Below, one piece after another: positions 13,090 to 28,644 of a stretch of 64,000 nucleotides of DNA. Position 1 is the first letter of the stretch; every line of letters begins with the position of its first letter. The notes under the pieces were generated by a model. That model made no database searches. It saw nothing but the letters and a program-made list of their open reading frames with translations, and was not told the DNA's origin. This DNA is from Octopus vulgaris. Taxonomy: Eukaryota. The translations under genes and the position numbers were made by a program. The DNA lies in assembly GCA_951406725.2 (NCBI GenBank), contig OX597837.1:1798001-1862000 (forward strand), in the 5' to 3' direction.

Positions 13090-14080
13090 TTATGCACACA
13101 GAGAGAGGGGGAAGAGAAAGAGAGTCGGATAGAAAAAATGGAGAGAGGTGTGTATTTATATGCATAGACACATTATATAGATAGATAGATCTCTACACAT
13201 CAGTGTGTATACAAATATTTGATTAAATGTATGTTTTTATACGTGTGCCCATATACACATATACATCATATATTCACATACAAATATCTATCAATATTAC
13301 CTAGATACATTAAGTATTTTATATAAGTATACGTCTATTTACATACACACACACACAAACACATATATATATATATATGCATATCTATATATATACGTAT
13401 ATATATATACACATGCATATATACATATATATACATACACATGCTTATATATATATATATACACTCACACACACATGCATATATACATGTATATATATAT
13501 GTATCTATGAATATATGTATCTATGAATATATATGTATATATATATATATATAAATATACCTGTGTATACGTACATGTACACATACACATATACAGATAC
13601 ATAAAAACAGATATATCTATGTGCGTGTGCAATACACGCACACACACACACACCACAGACGGACATGCGGATGTGTGTGACAGTCTTCTCTATCAACATG
13701 TTAGAAGCCTCTCTAGAGAGCGAACCGTTTTAAGTGTCGTTGGGGCAGACATTATTAATATTATGTCCAGATATTTCAGATAATAAGACATAACTCTGAC
13801 AAACACGTAATGAATATGGGTTTTCCGGGAACATAACATATTTTAACCTTGATAGCCGCAACCCAATCATGGCGTCTGCTGAACAAAATATTGGTGCAGT
13901 GCTCTGCAGTAGCTTACTTGACGGATTGTGAAGTAGATTTTAGTTTATTTTTTTCCTCTGTGTGTGTGTGTGTGTGTATCTAGAGGAGGAAGGGCAACGT
14001 CTCTGACCCCTTTCGTAGTTTATGAGATCTATGACGATGCTGAGGAGGAAAAGAGCAAATAAAATTGCATATGTGTATAA

Positions 14081-14112
<32 letters not shown>

Positions 14113-14251
14113 CTGAAAGTATATGTACACTAACATATATCTGTGTATATATGTATATATATACTTATATAGATATGTTTGTGTGTATACATATATATAT
14201 ATACATTTGTGCATACATATATACGTATACATACACACACACACAAGAACA

Positions 14252-14296
<45 letters not shown>

Positions 14297-15442
14297 TATG
14301 CAGACATACACAGCTGAATGGAAACAAATATAAATAATAAAGACAAATTTGAAGTTAAAATTTAGAAAAAATATGTCTGAACCTGACATTTTAACTTGTG
14401 TAGAAGAAGTTAATCTGTCAGAGATAGACTGAAATATGGCTGTCAGGTGGCGAGGTTCTTGAGAGAAGGACGATACAGATGGTGTGCTTATGCATACGAG
14501 TACACATTTACGCAACCATTTATACAGAGCCGACAACCTTGCATATATAAGCACATTCACAGACAACTGAATGTGTATATATATATATCTGTTTTGCGTA
14601 TACATGTAAGTGTGTGTGTGTTTGTGTCGTGTGTACATATGTGCCTGCAGCATTCGGAGAAATTTCGCACATTTTAAAAACTTGTACTTTAAAATTTTAT
14701 ATAATATTAAACACATAATACCTTTTAAAATGGTACTTTTCTCTTTTTTTTCGTTCCGTTTGATTGTTGAGCTCTTGTGAAATCCACATAGATATTACTG
14801 AAAGTGCAATCTTAGGAGGGTACATCTTTGAAACCTACATCCTTTAGTTTACATATCTTGTCTTTCTCCCTTGATGGAAGCTCTTATTGTTGGTTTGGCA
14901 TCTAGATGTGACCAGGATCTACCTTGACTTTTGGAAATCCGGCACAACCATGCTCATGCTTCTATGTAAATATATCAAGAACGGGATAGATTTGAATATC
15001 CCTGTAACTGTAAGTATCTTTTCCAGATCCCTCATTTCGCAGGACCTTAGGGATATATTTACGTGAACCAACTTTCATATGACATAAAATCTTTTCTGAA
15101 AATCACGAACTTGAATTGATGTCTGAAATGATTTCTGAAATTGATTCCTGAAATGTAGACTTCAGAAAATACACATTACCATACATATCTGTAATGGCTG
15201 ACTGCTCTTTCACCTAGAAGCATATCAATGCTCAAGACATCGTAAAGAAGAATGGAGAATTATTCATCTTCAAATACTTTTTATTAGAGTATTAGTCTCA
15301 TTAAATCACCGTGTAATTCTTCATCTTGAACAATTCCGAATGTTCCCTGTCATTCGATGTGGTTAGCCAGATCAGGAGGTCTGGATTATACCAAACTACT
15401 AACACAGTTCCTGCCTGGGTCCCAAATCCCTATTCCTGTATG

Positions 15443-15500
<58 letters not shown>

Positions 15501-15504
<4 letters not shown>

Positions 15505-15748
15505 GACCCCCTTCGGTCATGAATGACCATGGGATTGCACCTAGAAAGTTACCCTCCTAGACACAAGTCCGGGCAAGGTTGTTTATGGAAGACCAGCAGT
15601 CGCCCATGCATACCAGCCTCCCCTCTCCACGCCACCAGTGTTATCCAAGGGAAAGACAAAGGTCGATACAGCTTGGCACCAGTGACGTCGCAACTCATTT
15701 CTACAGCTGAGTGAACTGGAGCAACGTGAAATAAAGTGCCTTGCTCAA
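15501..15748 (-). mobile_element. SINE family 3 (3' part)
   Basis: Reverse-complement homology to about 45190-45485. Confidence 0.8.
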
Positions 15749-17279
15749 ATATATATATATATATAGCGCCACTGTATGGTCGAGATTTTAATAAGTCTGT
15801 TTCGTACCTACGGTGTCCTGGATTCGATCTCATTGCCTGGCAATATGCCTGGGGTTAATTCATACCTTATGATGGAAATTCTACAGAAGTTACGCGGATG
15901 TACCATACCTTTGCACTTTACAGGTACGACCTTATCTAACATTGTGTCGCGCTGTTACTACTTGAGAGTCATGTGAAAATCGTGGTATCGCTCACTGAAA
16001 TCCTCAGTTATTTACGTGAGTAAGGAGATCAAGTGATCGAACAACATAATCCTCACAATTTACCATTTACCTGTTCAAAGCCTTTTCACAAGTTAGGCTT
16101 AAACATCCATGTTTGTTTTCACACTTTTACTTCGCCCCCATTTCCTTAATATCAGTCCCAGGTTATTGTAACGATTGTAAAAATTGGAAATGTATATCAA
16201 GTATGAAGCCTGTACGCCAAGGAAATGCACCGTTTATCGTGTAAAACTTAGGAACGGCAAATGGTTAAGTAATTCCTTTAGAAGAGTCAGTTTAATGTGC
16301 AACAACTAAAAGCATGTTACACAAAATATAACTTAAAAGTGAATCAATAAGTGACTAGCTCTTATCCTCTCCAAAGTATTTTCACAAGTTTGTCCTAAAC
16401 GTCTTTGCTTGTTTTCAGACGTTTAGTTCGCCCTTGTTTCGTACGTTGTGCAACAGTATTTCTCTTTATAATATAAGTCCTAAGTTAATCTTGTGGCTGA
16501 TAAAATTGTGAATATGTTTGTATCATGGAAATATGTCCTGTATAACACATGTAATACACAGGACAGGCAAAGTTTGAACGACGGTAAGTCTTCCTTACAT
16601 GTGTGGTGTGTATGGGTGCATGCATGATATACATATATGTACACGTGCGTGTATATAAGCCAGCCTCTTTATAACACTATCTACACAAACAAAACCTATG
16701 CCGAAAGGGGAGAACGAGAAAAGCAAGCGGCGATATTACACGTGCATTAAATTATGTTCTATTTGATTGTGCTCAAAACAAAAGGTTTTCAATTAGAACT
16801 CAAACCGCAATGAAGTAGAAATGAATAAGGAGAAATAGCTTAAAACATAATTCAAGTATGGCCCACGAAATTAAGATGTTCTGAAAATTGGAATTGAAAC
16901 CACAACGTAGGAGCGATTCTGTGTATCGAGCAGTGCAACAGCTTCAAGCATATTTTTAAAACCTTCTCACGGCAGCACAGTTAATATCACACTTCCCAGA
17001 CTTTCCTCGAGTGAGTGGATACAAATTTTGACTATACACACACACACACAAACACACACATTAGAATGCAGCAATCGTCAAAGCAATATGTATTCCTGAT
17101 CAGAATCAACAAGATGGTGTCTAGACTCTGTCAAGTCGACAACAAACACCTAATTTGTATGGAGATAACATCACATTTATAATCTAGATAACACATGAAG
17201 ACAAATAAAATCTAAGGATATTACATACTGTTGGCTACATCGAAATAATTTGCAGACAAACCTACCTTACAGCTGTACA

Positions 17280-17347
<68 letters not shown>

Positions 17348-17389
17348 TGTATTTGTGTGTATATACATCTATATATACAGACATACACG

Positions 17390-17421
<32 letters not shown>

Positions 17422-17704
17422 TGAACACTCACACATGCTTGTATGTTGTTCTTTTTCAACTCATTGAAATTTTGTAGATGGAAGACTTTCCTAATCTGGA
17501 GACAAAGATCCATTTTTGAAATTTGGGTAATGAGAACAAGGGGAAAAATTATGTGAGGAACTTTTTAAAAAATTTTGTAAATACTGATTGTTCTGCTTGA
17601 GGAGTGTATTCGGATTGCCTATATGTATGTAGGCAGGAATCTGATTTCCTCTTTCTTATTCACTCACACACATTTCTGCATACACTGGTATTCTTTCTCT
17701 CTCT

Positions 17705-17773
<69 letters not shown>

Positions 17774-17921
17774 TACACACATCTATACACATATACATAC
17801 ATATATAAACACACACACATATACACACATATACACACACATATATATATATATATATATACACATACATACATTCATACATACATACATACATGCATAC
17901 ATGCATACATACATACATACA

Positions 17922-17957
<36 letters not shown>

Positions 17958-18444
17958 TAGTGTTGTATGCATGCGTACGTGTGTGTTTGTGCTGGCGGGT
18001 GCATAGATGTATGTCTGAGGATTTGTGCTTAACATCTCCGTACGTCAGTAAACTCTCTTACTCTGTCTCCCCTCGGCCTTTCTAACCAAATCTTTTTTCA
18101 AACCCTCCTATCTCACACTCGCTACCTTTCTCGACTTTTCTCCCCATTTCTTTCTCGTTATCCTGTTTCTCCTCTGCTGTTCATCCTACGTCTCTCTCAC
18201 TCACACATTCCCTCTTTCTACTAATTTTTGCCCCCTCGAATTCATATACGCTGGCAATACTTCCTTCCTCTCCGTAAGAAACCGGTTCCCTCTGTAACGT
18301 CCACAAACTTCTATATAAACCTCCGTCACATTCCGCGTCCATTTCTATCCGTTTTCTCCACAAACAGGTTTTTACATCCGCCCGTCTCCACCACGAACAC
18401 CACCTTACCCTACCTCTGTCCCTTGTTGTTCAAGTGGTAATTGT

Positions 18445-19335
18445 CTAGTTGTTGATGTTATTGTGGTGGTGGTAGTAGTGGAGGTCGGTGTTGTTGTGGT
18501 GGTGTTTGTTGTAATGTTTTTGTTTTTATAATATTTTTCATATAATGGTGCTGTTAGTTGTAACAGTAGTGAATGTAGCGTATTATTGCCGTTATTACTG
18601 TGGTAATTGTATTGTTACCGTTGTTGTTGTTGTTGTATATATTCGTGGTTATTTGTTCGCTTTTATTGTTGTAATAATTGTGTTGTTGCTCATGTTGTCG
18701 TGTCTGCTATTGTATTTGTTATTGTTCACGTGATAATAATTCTTGTTGTGATGTTATTAGTCTTCTTCTTGATGAACAAAATGATGTCTTCTTGTTGTTG
18801 TTGATGCTGTAGTTATTATAGTTGTTGTTGTTACTGTGATAATTGTTTTTTCCCTTTTGTTGTGGTGTTGGTGGCAGAAGCGGATTATTGCATGCTGCTG
18901 TGGAGAGATCGGTGGTGGTGGAGGTGTTGGTGGTGGTAGAGTTGATGGTGGTGGTGGAGGTAATGGTCGTGTTGGAGGCGATGGTGGTAGTATTGTTATT
19001 GTTGTTGTTGTTGGGGTGGGTGTAGATAGGAGTAATGGCGGTGAAACATTCGTTAGTGGTGGTCGTGGTGGGGATTTCTGTTGTAATCATTTTATTCTTG
19101 GTAACAAATGTTTAGTGATGGTTGCTGTTGTGATGGTTAATGTTGCTTCTTGTTATTGCTGCTGCTGTCGCTGCTGCAGCTGGTGCTGCTGCTGTTGATC
19201 TCATTGTTCCTGTTGGGATTTGCGGTTTGCCATTCTACCATTTTCAACAAGAAAACAATTAAAAAATCCACTTACAAGATAATGCAGATAGATGGGCTGT
19301 TGTTGCTGCTGTTGTTGTTGTTTCTGTTCGTGGTG
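18445..19335. repeat. Degenerate (GTT/GGT/GCT)n trinucleotide mosaic
   Basis: Direct inspection. Related CAT/GTT mosaics at 21290-22000 and 30090-30560. Confidence 0.85.
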
Positions 19336-20100
19336 GTTGCGTGTTCATGTGTATGACTATGTATGCAGGTACTTGTGTAATTGTGTCTGTATGTGTTTGT
19401 GTACGTAATTCTCAGTGCATGTCTCTCCTTCGCGAGAATGTGGATATATTCATTATGTCAGAGTGTTTCAATGTAGGGTGTAGATGTTTTCCTGATCTGT
19501 CTATGAGTGTGTGTGTATATGTGCCTGTGTATATATATATATATGTGTGTATATGTGCATGTATATATATATGTGTGTGTATGCGCATGCATATATATGT
19601 GTGTGTATGCGCATGTATATATATATGTGTATATGTATATATATGTGTGTGTGTGTATGCATGTATATGTGTGTGTTTTCGTGTGTGCATGTGCAGGTAT
19701 ATATATATATATGCATGTGTGTATATATGTGCATGTAGATATATATGTGTGTATATACATGCATATATCTATATATGAGTATGTGTGTGTTTACATGTGC
19801 AGGTGTGGGAGTACGTGAGTGTGTATGTGTGTATATGTACCTATATGCGTGTGTGTATATGTACCTATATGCGTGTGTGCATGTATGTATATATATATAT
19901 ATATATATGCATGTGTGTATGGTGTGTATTTGTCTACATGAACGTATGGATATATATTTGCGTTTCTGTACAAGCGAGAGAGCCTTAGAGAGAGAAGGAG
20001 AGAAAATATATTTCTGTTCATGAATATGTGTGTGAATACGCATGCGCATCTGTCTATATATGTGCACCTCTGAGTTTTGATATCTTTGCGGATATGTGAT

Positions 20101-20244
<144 letters not shown>

Positions 20245-20688
20245 TATACCTTTACGCTGGTATAGAATATTTATGTATATATACATATGATGTACAGACA
20301 TATACGCACACACACCCATACATATGTATACACGCGGACACACACATATGCATATGTATATATGATTGACAGTGATTGCGTGTGTATATTTACTCGTCTT
20401 GTGGGCATGTATGTCTAATGTGTACTTAAGTATCTCTCTGTCTGTTCATGCGTATTTACGATTATTTGTACATGTATACACGTTTGTATACACTTGAATG
20501 TGTGTGTGTGTTTGTGTACATTTCGGGTTTCGCGATATGGAAGTAATTTACCGTTTCTTAATATCTCTTAGCCCTTAAGGAATCTACAATTTCAATTTCA
20601 CTGAGAAGACGTCCTTCTTTTTATTTTATATATTTCTTCCTTTTCACCCTTCTTTTTCCTCTATTTGCTTTTGTTCCTGTCTTCTTTT

Positions 20689-20749
<61 letters not shown>

Positions 20750-20860
20750 CATTATTATCGTTATAGTAGTAGTAATAGTAGTAGTAACAGTAGTAGTAGT
20801 TGTCGTTTCTCTTTCACTATCGACGTATGATATTTCCATTGTTTTTTACCTATCATTATT

Positions 20861-20896
<36 letters not shown>

Positions 20897-21031
20897 GCTT
20901 TGCAAATTTGTTTCCTTCTTTTTTGATTCTCGCAGAAACATGGAGACAAAAATAAATTAGTAATATTTTCATTCTGATTTTCATTTACCTATAGCCATCA
21001 TTTCCTATATTATTATTATTATTATTATTAT

Positions 21032-21069
<38 letters not shown>

Positions 21070-21174
21070 TCATCACCATCATCATCATCATTTTCATCAT
21101 TATAAAAATTCATCTTTCACTTATTGCAATGGTTATTGTTTTGCTATTATTTTCATAAGTAGTAGTAGTAGTAA

Positions 21175-21212
<38 letters not shown>

Positions 21213-22220
21213 AAGGCGTTATTGAGGCTTCTTTTTGCGGTTATTGTTGTTGTTCTTATCGTCAATATGTGTTCACATTGTCGTGAATGTGGTTGTTATC
21301 ATCGGTCGTAATCCGCCCCCTCTCACCGTCTTTTCATCCCCTCCTAATCAGCATCATCATCATCATCATTATTAACTCCATAACCGTCGTCATCACGAAC
21401 AGCCACCTCCATCATCATCATCATCATCATATTCATCATCATCATCTTTACAGTCAAGCATCGTCATCTTTAATTTACCAAATATTCATCATCACTATCA
21501 ACATCATCATCATCGTCTTCATCCTCGCCACCACTATCATCACCGTCATGATCATCATCATCATCAGCATCACTACCGAACAGTTTCAGCACCATCACCA
21601 TCATCACTATATTGATCATCATCGTCATAACCCATCCTTAGCGCCTTCACCATCACCACCACCATCATCATCCCCATCATCGTCTTATCGTTTCCTTTCT
21701 ATTTCTCCCTCCCTTCATTGTTTTAATATTTTTTTCTTTGAGTTGTTTGTTTATTTCTTTGTTTTTCATGGGGTGGGGGTGGCGATTCCTTTTGATATTA
21801 TTTTTGTTTTTATTGTGTTTTTGTTGTTGCTGTTTTTGCTGTGGTTGTTCTTTTCGCTATTCTTGTCATCATTGTTTTCGCTGACGTTGTTCTTGTTTTT
21901 GGTAGTAATTGTTCTTCCAATTGTAGTAGTTGTAGTTGTTATTGTTGTTGTCGTTGTTATTGGTAGTGGTGGTGGTGGTGGTGGTGGTGTTATTCACGTT
22001 GTTCCCGAAAACTTATTTTCGCTACGAATTTCTGTTTCAATAAAAGATGGAACAAGATAAGAAATGTTGCCAAAATAATAATGGCTGAAGTTATACATCG
22101 ACTCCGCCGCCACCATGCTCCACACCGAGCACTCTCACGAGAATTACACACATACTGAACCAAAATAACTATACCAGAACCAATACCAATCCTACTACTA
22201 CTACTACTACTACTACAACA

Positions 22221-22269
<49 letters not shown>

Positions 22270-23437
22270 TCTCTGATTTAGGCACAAGGCCAGCGATTTA
22301 AAGGGAAGTAGATTAGTCGATTACATCAAACCTTCTTTCTTTTATCGACTCCGAAAGATTGAAAAGCAGAGTTGCCGTCGGCAGGATTTGAACTCAGAAT
22401 TTTCGTTCATTATTTCTAGAGTTGTTACGATCGGTACCTCGTTAAAAGCAACGCCCTCGATCCAGTTTTTGCTTCCTTTTTACAAAACCTCTGCAAAAGT
22501 CCTTAGATAACTTTTCCTACCACATGTATAGCACTTAAGCTTCCTTATTATCGCAACGCTAAGCCACATCAGGCATTCTCTCGGTACGCACTAATTAGAG
22601 GTGTTTTGTGCTCTTGTGAACATCTAAGGACGTTGAAATCCATGGTGACCCCATCCAACAACGCGTCACCAAATGTTACCAAGTATTTAACCATTTGCTT
22701 GCTCAAATTGCGTCAAGAAGTTAACTCTTCAGCTAGGCTAATCGACATCTTAAATAAATGATCTCGTGGCTTTTCAGATGGAATTTCACGAAATGGCTGC
22801 ATTTATTAAACACCTCAGATAAAATTCTAAAATATCTTTCGTAAAGAATCATATATAGCTTACATATTATGCATACATTTTATACTTACTTACATGTACA
22901 TTCTAAAAAGTTCCACTCGCAAGTTACTTATCAACACGACGTTATAGGAGAGAACACTTGGCCTAAGTGCCTATCCATTCGGATCGAACACGGAATCGTT
23001 TGGTTGCCAAGCTGAATTCGTAACACAACTGTGTCTGTGCGGCGGTACCTTGTAGTTCTGATGTGAAAAGAGGGGAAAATAAAAGACATTTACCTTAGCA
23101 GGATATAAACAGCAAATTGAAAGAGAGATATTCATATAAATATAAAAAAGAAAACAGTCGTTTGATATATATGTATATTACTACCAGAGCACAGCAAGTC
23201 TTGTACACGGCTATTATCCAACTTACTTAGGTGCAGATATTCTATCGATGTCGTTTATCGTATTACACAACGAAATATATTAATGCGTATATTAAGAGGT
23301 ACACAAAAAAATCAGTATTTTTACAAGAAACCAACTGAGAGAGACAGAGACATTATACATGAGATAACTTTACACATATGTGTGTGTTTTTGCACACATA
23401 CACGTGTTTGTGTGTTCGGATTCAGTGTGTGTGTGTG

Positions 23438-23510
23438 TAGGTAGGTAGGTAGGTAGGTAGGTAGGTAGGTAGGTAGGTAGGTAGGTAGGTAGGTAGGTAG
23501 GTAGGTAGGT
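23438..23510. repeat. (TAGG)n microsatellite
   Basis: Direct inspection. Confidence 0.96.
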
Positions 23511-23770
23511 GGGCAGGTAGATAAATACATAGATCAAATACACTTGCACCCAGCTTCTACAGGTATGTACATATACATTTACGCACGTGGCATATTTATA
23601 TATACAAGCGTAAGAAAACATACGTACACACATGTGTATGCATGTTTGATATGATTATATACACACACATTTGTTACTTTATATATATATATATATATAA
23701 ACACATACACACATATATATATATACACACATATATATATGTATGTATTACATATACATATATTATATAC

Positions 23771-23867
<97 letters not shown>

Positions 23868-24109
23868 TATATTATATATATAATATATATATATATATAT
23901 TGTATAAATATTACATATATATATTACATATGTATAATACATATATTGTATATAGACATATATTTATATATATTGCATATACATATATTATATATTACAT
24001 ATATATATATATTTATATATATATATTTTTATATAATATATTACATATATATAATATATATTTCAAATATATATGCAGTATATATCACATATATATGTGT
24101 GTATAGAAA

Positions 24110-24149
<40 letters not shown>

Positions 24150-24859
24150 TGCGCGCGTGTGTGTGTGTGTAAGCAGGCTTGCATGTATATTTATTGCCTA
24201 TTTATTCCAAGTCTATTGCCAACAAGGATAGGTTTAATTTCACGAGCGAATCGAAAAAGTGCGTTTCTCATTTAGATTCCGTTTAAGGTTGCATGCTTGG
24301 GCTACTGCCTCGCATGGATTGAGAGAAGAGGTTTCAATAACATGACATAACATGGAATATCATAGGGTACTATCATGGAGGAATATGGTAAATATCATCT
24401 GTCAGAATATCTTTTGGTTTGATTGAATAGACAGATGGGAAATCAATACCGTTCTTGGTGTTGCAGCCACACTTTGACACATTATGCCATCAACGTACAT
24501 ATAAACGAGTATGCATATGTGTACACAGACGCATGTTTACCTGAATATATGTATATGTTTAGACACACAGCTATATACATACACTAACATGTCGTACATG
24601 AGAATGTCGATAATTGGTGATGTACAGAATGCCATACGCAACGAGAGGAAATGTCGAAAGATTACAAATTCGCTTCAGATTTATAGAAATATACATATTA
24701 GTGTGTGTGTATTATACATAGAAAAATATAAACATATATGAATATATATATACCCTCGCTAATATATCATACATCTATAAACGTAAATACACATAAATAT
24801 ATATACACACAATTATAGTTTATATATGTATAAATATAAATACATGCATATATCTAAAG

Positions 24860-24913
<54 letters not shown>

Positions 24914-25097
24914 CATACGTATAAATAAATAGATTATATATATGTATATATATATACACACAAATATACAAATATATGCATGATTATACACTCTCACATA
25001 TAAGTATACGAATATATATATATACACATATATACACACATATATATATAAATATGGAAATAGCCATATATATATATATATACACTCATATATATCT

Positions 25098-25216
<119 letters not shown>

Positions 25217-25506
25217 AATATAAAAAAACACTACTTTCCGACGTTCTCTTCTTCCTGTAATGAACACAGACTTATGTAATTTCGGCAATAGTTATTTGCT
25301 ATTTCTAGCTAGTTATACAATTTCATGCGCAATTATTAATCTTCTTGATGGTTATACGAATTAACATTTGTCATAATATAGCAGTAAATTTATAGTTAAT
25401 ATATCTACTATTAGTATATGGTTCATACTTTTACTTTAAGTGTATGTCGTAATACTATAATGTAATAATAGTACTGATGGCAGAACTTGGCATTGTCTCC
25501 ATTCTA

Positions 25507-26057
25507 CGAGATCTGGCCAAAATATATAGGGACCGGTGCTATAAAATGAACTACAACACATTTAATCTCCTTCCATGTAGTCCCCTTTCATAGAAGCATT
25601 CCTAGAACTTCTCTTTAGGGGATAGTGAGCAGCTACTTCGTCACATTTTTTGGGGTGGGGGCTGATTTCTTCGCCGTCTTTAAATCTTGTTAGGGTGTCT
25701 TCCACTGCAAAGAGTGAGCCTTGCTTTCGCTGTCATAGCCATAGACGCACGATTCGTCTCCTTTTATGACTGCTTTCAAGATGTTTCTGTCTGACTTGAC
25801 ACAATCAAGGAGATCCTGAGCAACTGAAACCCGATCGTCTTTTCGAGACGACCGCACTCAACCCACTTTACTTCCAAGTACAGCTATAAACAACGTTAGT
25901 GAACGAGAACACTATAACTTGCATGGACAGAGTTCAAGGCTAATCTATGCGAGGCGGCCTTTAACTTTAACTTTAAACTTTAAACTTTTTAACTTTAACT
26001 TTTAAATTTAGATCTGTTACCATAGCAACAGTCCCTCTAAATTTTGATCAGACTTCG
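25507..26057 (-). mobile_element. Internally deleted mariner (DD34D-type) transposon
   Basis: 27-bp TIRs at 25507-25533 and 26031-26057 (21/27 match), each flanked by TA. Minus strand encodes RVSVAQDLLDCVKSDRNILKAVIKGDESCVYGYDSESKAHSLQWKTP (first catalytic Asp motif) fused to C-terminal RFKDGEEI...GDYMEGD*. Confidence 0.88.
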
Positions 26058-26339
26058 TACTTATTGGTTTAACTGAACTCGTGTTCCAACAGGCATTTAA
26101 TCTAGTGTGGTCCTCCAGCTCCTGTACTTCTCTACTGTTAGCGTATTGAGTAGCATAATATGTGATCATTCCATCCCTTTCGTCACTTCAGCCTCGATTG
26201 ATCATCTAATGATTTTCATCTCAGTCATGATGGTTTGGTTGCCATTATTACTGTTGCTTAACCCTCAGGTCATTCAAACAGCCATTCATCGAAGATTTGC
26301 TAACTTGTACACTCTTATTTAAAGCCTTTACTGTATATC

Positions 26340-26555
26340 TTACTCCTTCAATTGTTTGTCATTGGACTACGGCCATGCTGGGGCAGCTCCTAGAAGGATT
26401 TTAATCGAACAAATCAACTCCACTACTTAATTTTTTTTTTTTTAATTTGATATTTATTCTATCGGTTTCTTTTACTGAAACACTAAAGCAGAGACGAACA
26501 CCGGTTGTCAAGCGGCGGTGGAGACATATAGACACAAAGACATACGCATAAATAT

Positions 26556-26587
<32 letters not shown>

Positions 26588-26735
26588 CGACGGGCTTCCA
26601 TACAACTTCCGGATCCCAAATTCACTCAAAGTATTGAGCGCTGCGGAGCTGTAGATACAAGTTGTGTTCAAGGTGCTGCGTCGTGGAACAGAACTCGAAA
26701 TCATGTGCTAGCAAAGGGAGCTTCTTAATCGCAAA
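26340..26735 (-). mobile_element. SINE family 2, degenerate
   Basis: GGCCATGCTGGGGCA...ATTCTATCGG...ACGACGGGCTTC motifs shared with 46113-46508. Confidence 0.75.
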
Positions 26736-27524
26736 GTTTGCACTTATATCTACACATACAGTAACGAATATGTCTTTCATATTTTAAAGACGATCAACCG
26801 TAATCTGAGGGAGATTTGGCTCCTATTTCTAGCACACCAAACCATTTATATAATTAAGATTTCCACGTTTATTCAGTAATACATTAAACAGAATCCTTTT
26901 TATTGAATCCAATATAAAATTGCCTCCTACGTCGCCGAAAAACACTAAAATAAAATGACGTAAAAATGAGATAAAATGGCGGCTTTGTTAGCAGTTAAAA
27001 GAAAAAGCCAAGATATAGAGGTAAATGTTATTGAATGCTATATAAAGACTGTGTCTTTATATAGATATAAATAGTTAGCATACGATAACCCAATTTCCTA
27101 TTAACTATATTAATCCAGAAATAGTAAATATTATATTTGCTGGGAATTGAATTTGGACGATTGATTTCTTTGCTCCAGAGATTGTGGCAACTAATCTGGA
27201 AAGTAACAGTGTGTATGTACATATGTTTGTTCGTGTGTGTGTGTGTATGTGTGTGTAATGAAAATTGACACTAGCGAGAGTAGTTCTGTTACATATATGT
27301 AGAAATTAGCAGATTCGTGTATATATTTACAGATTATTTATTAGAATCTTACGCACTCAAACACACGTGCCTATATATACCTAAAAACATACATGCATAC
27401 ATATAAATATGTATACTAAAACATATATACACCAAACACATATGCATACATATACATATACACCTAAACCTGTATATACCTACCTATGTACATATACATA
27501 TAAATATACATATATATATCTTTG

Positions 27525-27565
<41 letters not shown>

Positions 27566-28098
27566 GTGTATATATATATATATATATACCTACATATATT
27601 CATGGATGTATATAGCTACATATATTTACATGTATGCCCACATATATACTTCCCTATATTGGTAGATAGATAGAGAGAGCGAAGAGACGGTGATGTTCAG
27701 CTGGTGTTTGAATCCATGACCTCTGCGGGCCTCCCGAGACCTCTTGGACTGACCTTCTCTTCAGTTTCCTCTCCGGGTGGAAATTGGTAAATTCATTGAT
27801 CCCTTCTGTAGAATGACCCGTGTTTTATGTTCTGGCTGATTGCTATCTGATAACGACGCAATTGATGGCATTGGGGCAAACTGTTTCGCTCTTTAGGGAA
27901 CGGCCTTTCCGTTGGTGTGGAGGGAAACGGCTAACTTTTATGAATACGCAAATTCTAGTCTTCCAGAAAATATCCGTCGTGAAGGTGAGCCCATGGAGAT
28001 GCTGATGTGTAGTGAATCCAGATAAAAGGAGGCCTTTCGTCAATCACTCACTGAAACAAATCCAAACTTCATTCACACACACACATAAAAGCATATCA

Positions 28099-28150
<52 letters not shown>

Positions 28151-28195
28151 CACACACACACATATGAAATAATTACCATTATCACCATTGATGAA

Positions 28196-28630
28196 CCTTT
28201 CTACTACAGATACAAGGCCTGAAATTTGTGGGGAAGAGACTAGTCGATTAGATCGACCCCAGTGCTTCACTGGTGCTTACGTCATCGACAGCAAAAGGAT
28301 GAAAGGGTGCCCTCGACGGCATTTGAACTTGGAATGTAGAAAACGGACGAAATGTCGCAAAGTATTTTGTCCGGCGTGCTAACGACCTTGTTAGCTCGCC
28401 ACTTTAGTAATCCTTTCTACAATAGGCACAAGACCTGAAATTTGGGTGTGGGGATGAGACTAGGGGATTATATCGACCCCAATATTTGACTGGTTCTTCA
28501 TTTATCGATCTCGAAAGCATGAAAAGCAAAGGCAACCTCGACGGAATTTGAACTCAGAATGTAGCGACGAGTGAAACACCTCTAACCATTTCGTTCAGCA
28601 TGCTAACGATTCGACCAGCTCACCGCCTTA
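28196..28630 (-). mobile_element. Two adjacent SINE family 1 copies
   Basis: Two consecutive reverse-complement copies, about 28196-28405 and 28410-28630. Confidence 0.8.
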
Positions 28631-28644
28631 ATAATAATACTTAT

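Noticed and set aside
16419-16583. Candidate exon with good acceptor (ttgttttcag) and donor (ACG|gtaagt)
   Set aside because: Stops in all three frames from the acceptor. The internal ATG frame ends in phase 1, incompatible with exon A, and has no FAS1 or signal-peptide character. A non-coding exon cannot be excluded.
21287-22060. 257-aa His-rich/hydrophobic ORF containing GGVIHVV (FAS1 H2-like)
   Set aside because: Derived from degenerate CAT/GTT/GGT repeats. The motif lacks the N and ID residues and has no acceptor context.
26016-26029. RFX X-box-like GTTACCATAGCAAC
   Set aside because: It lies in the subterminal region of a mariner element with no promoter evidence nearby.
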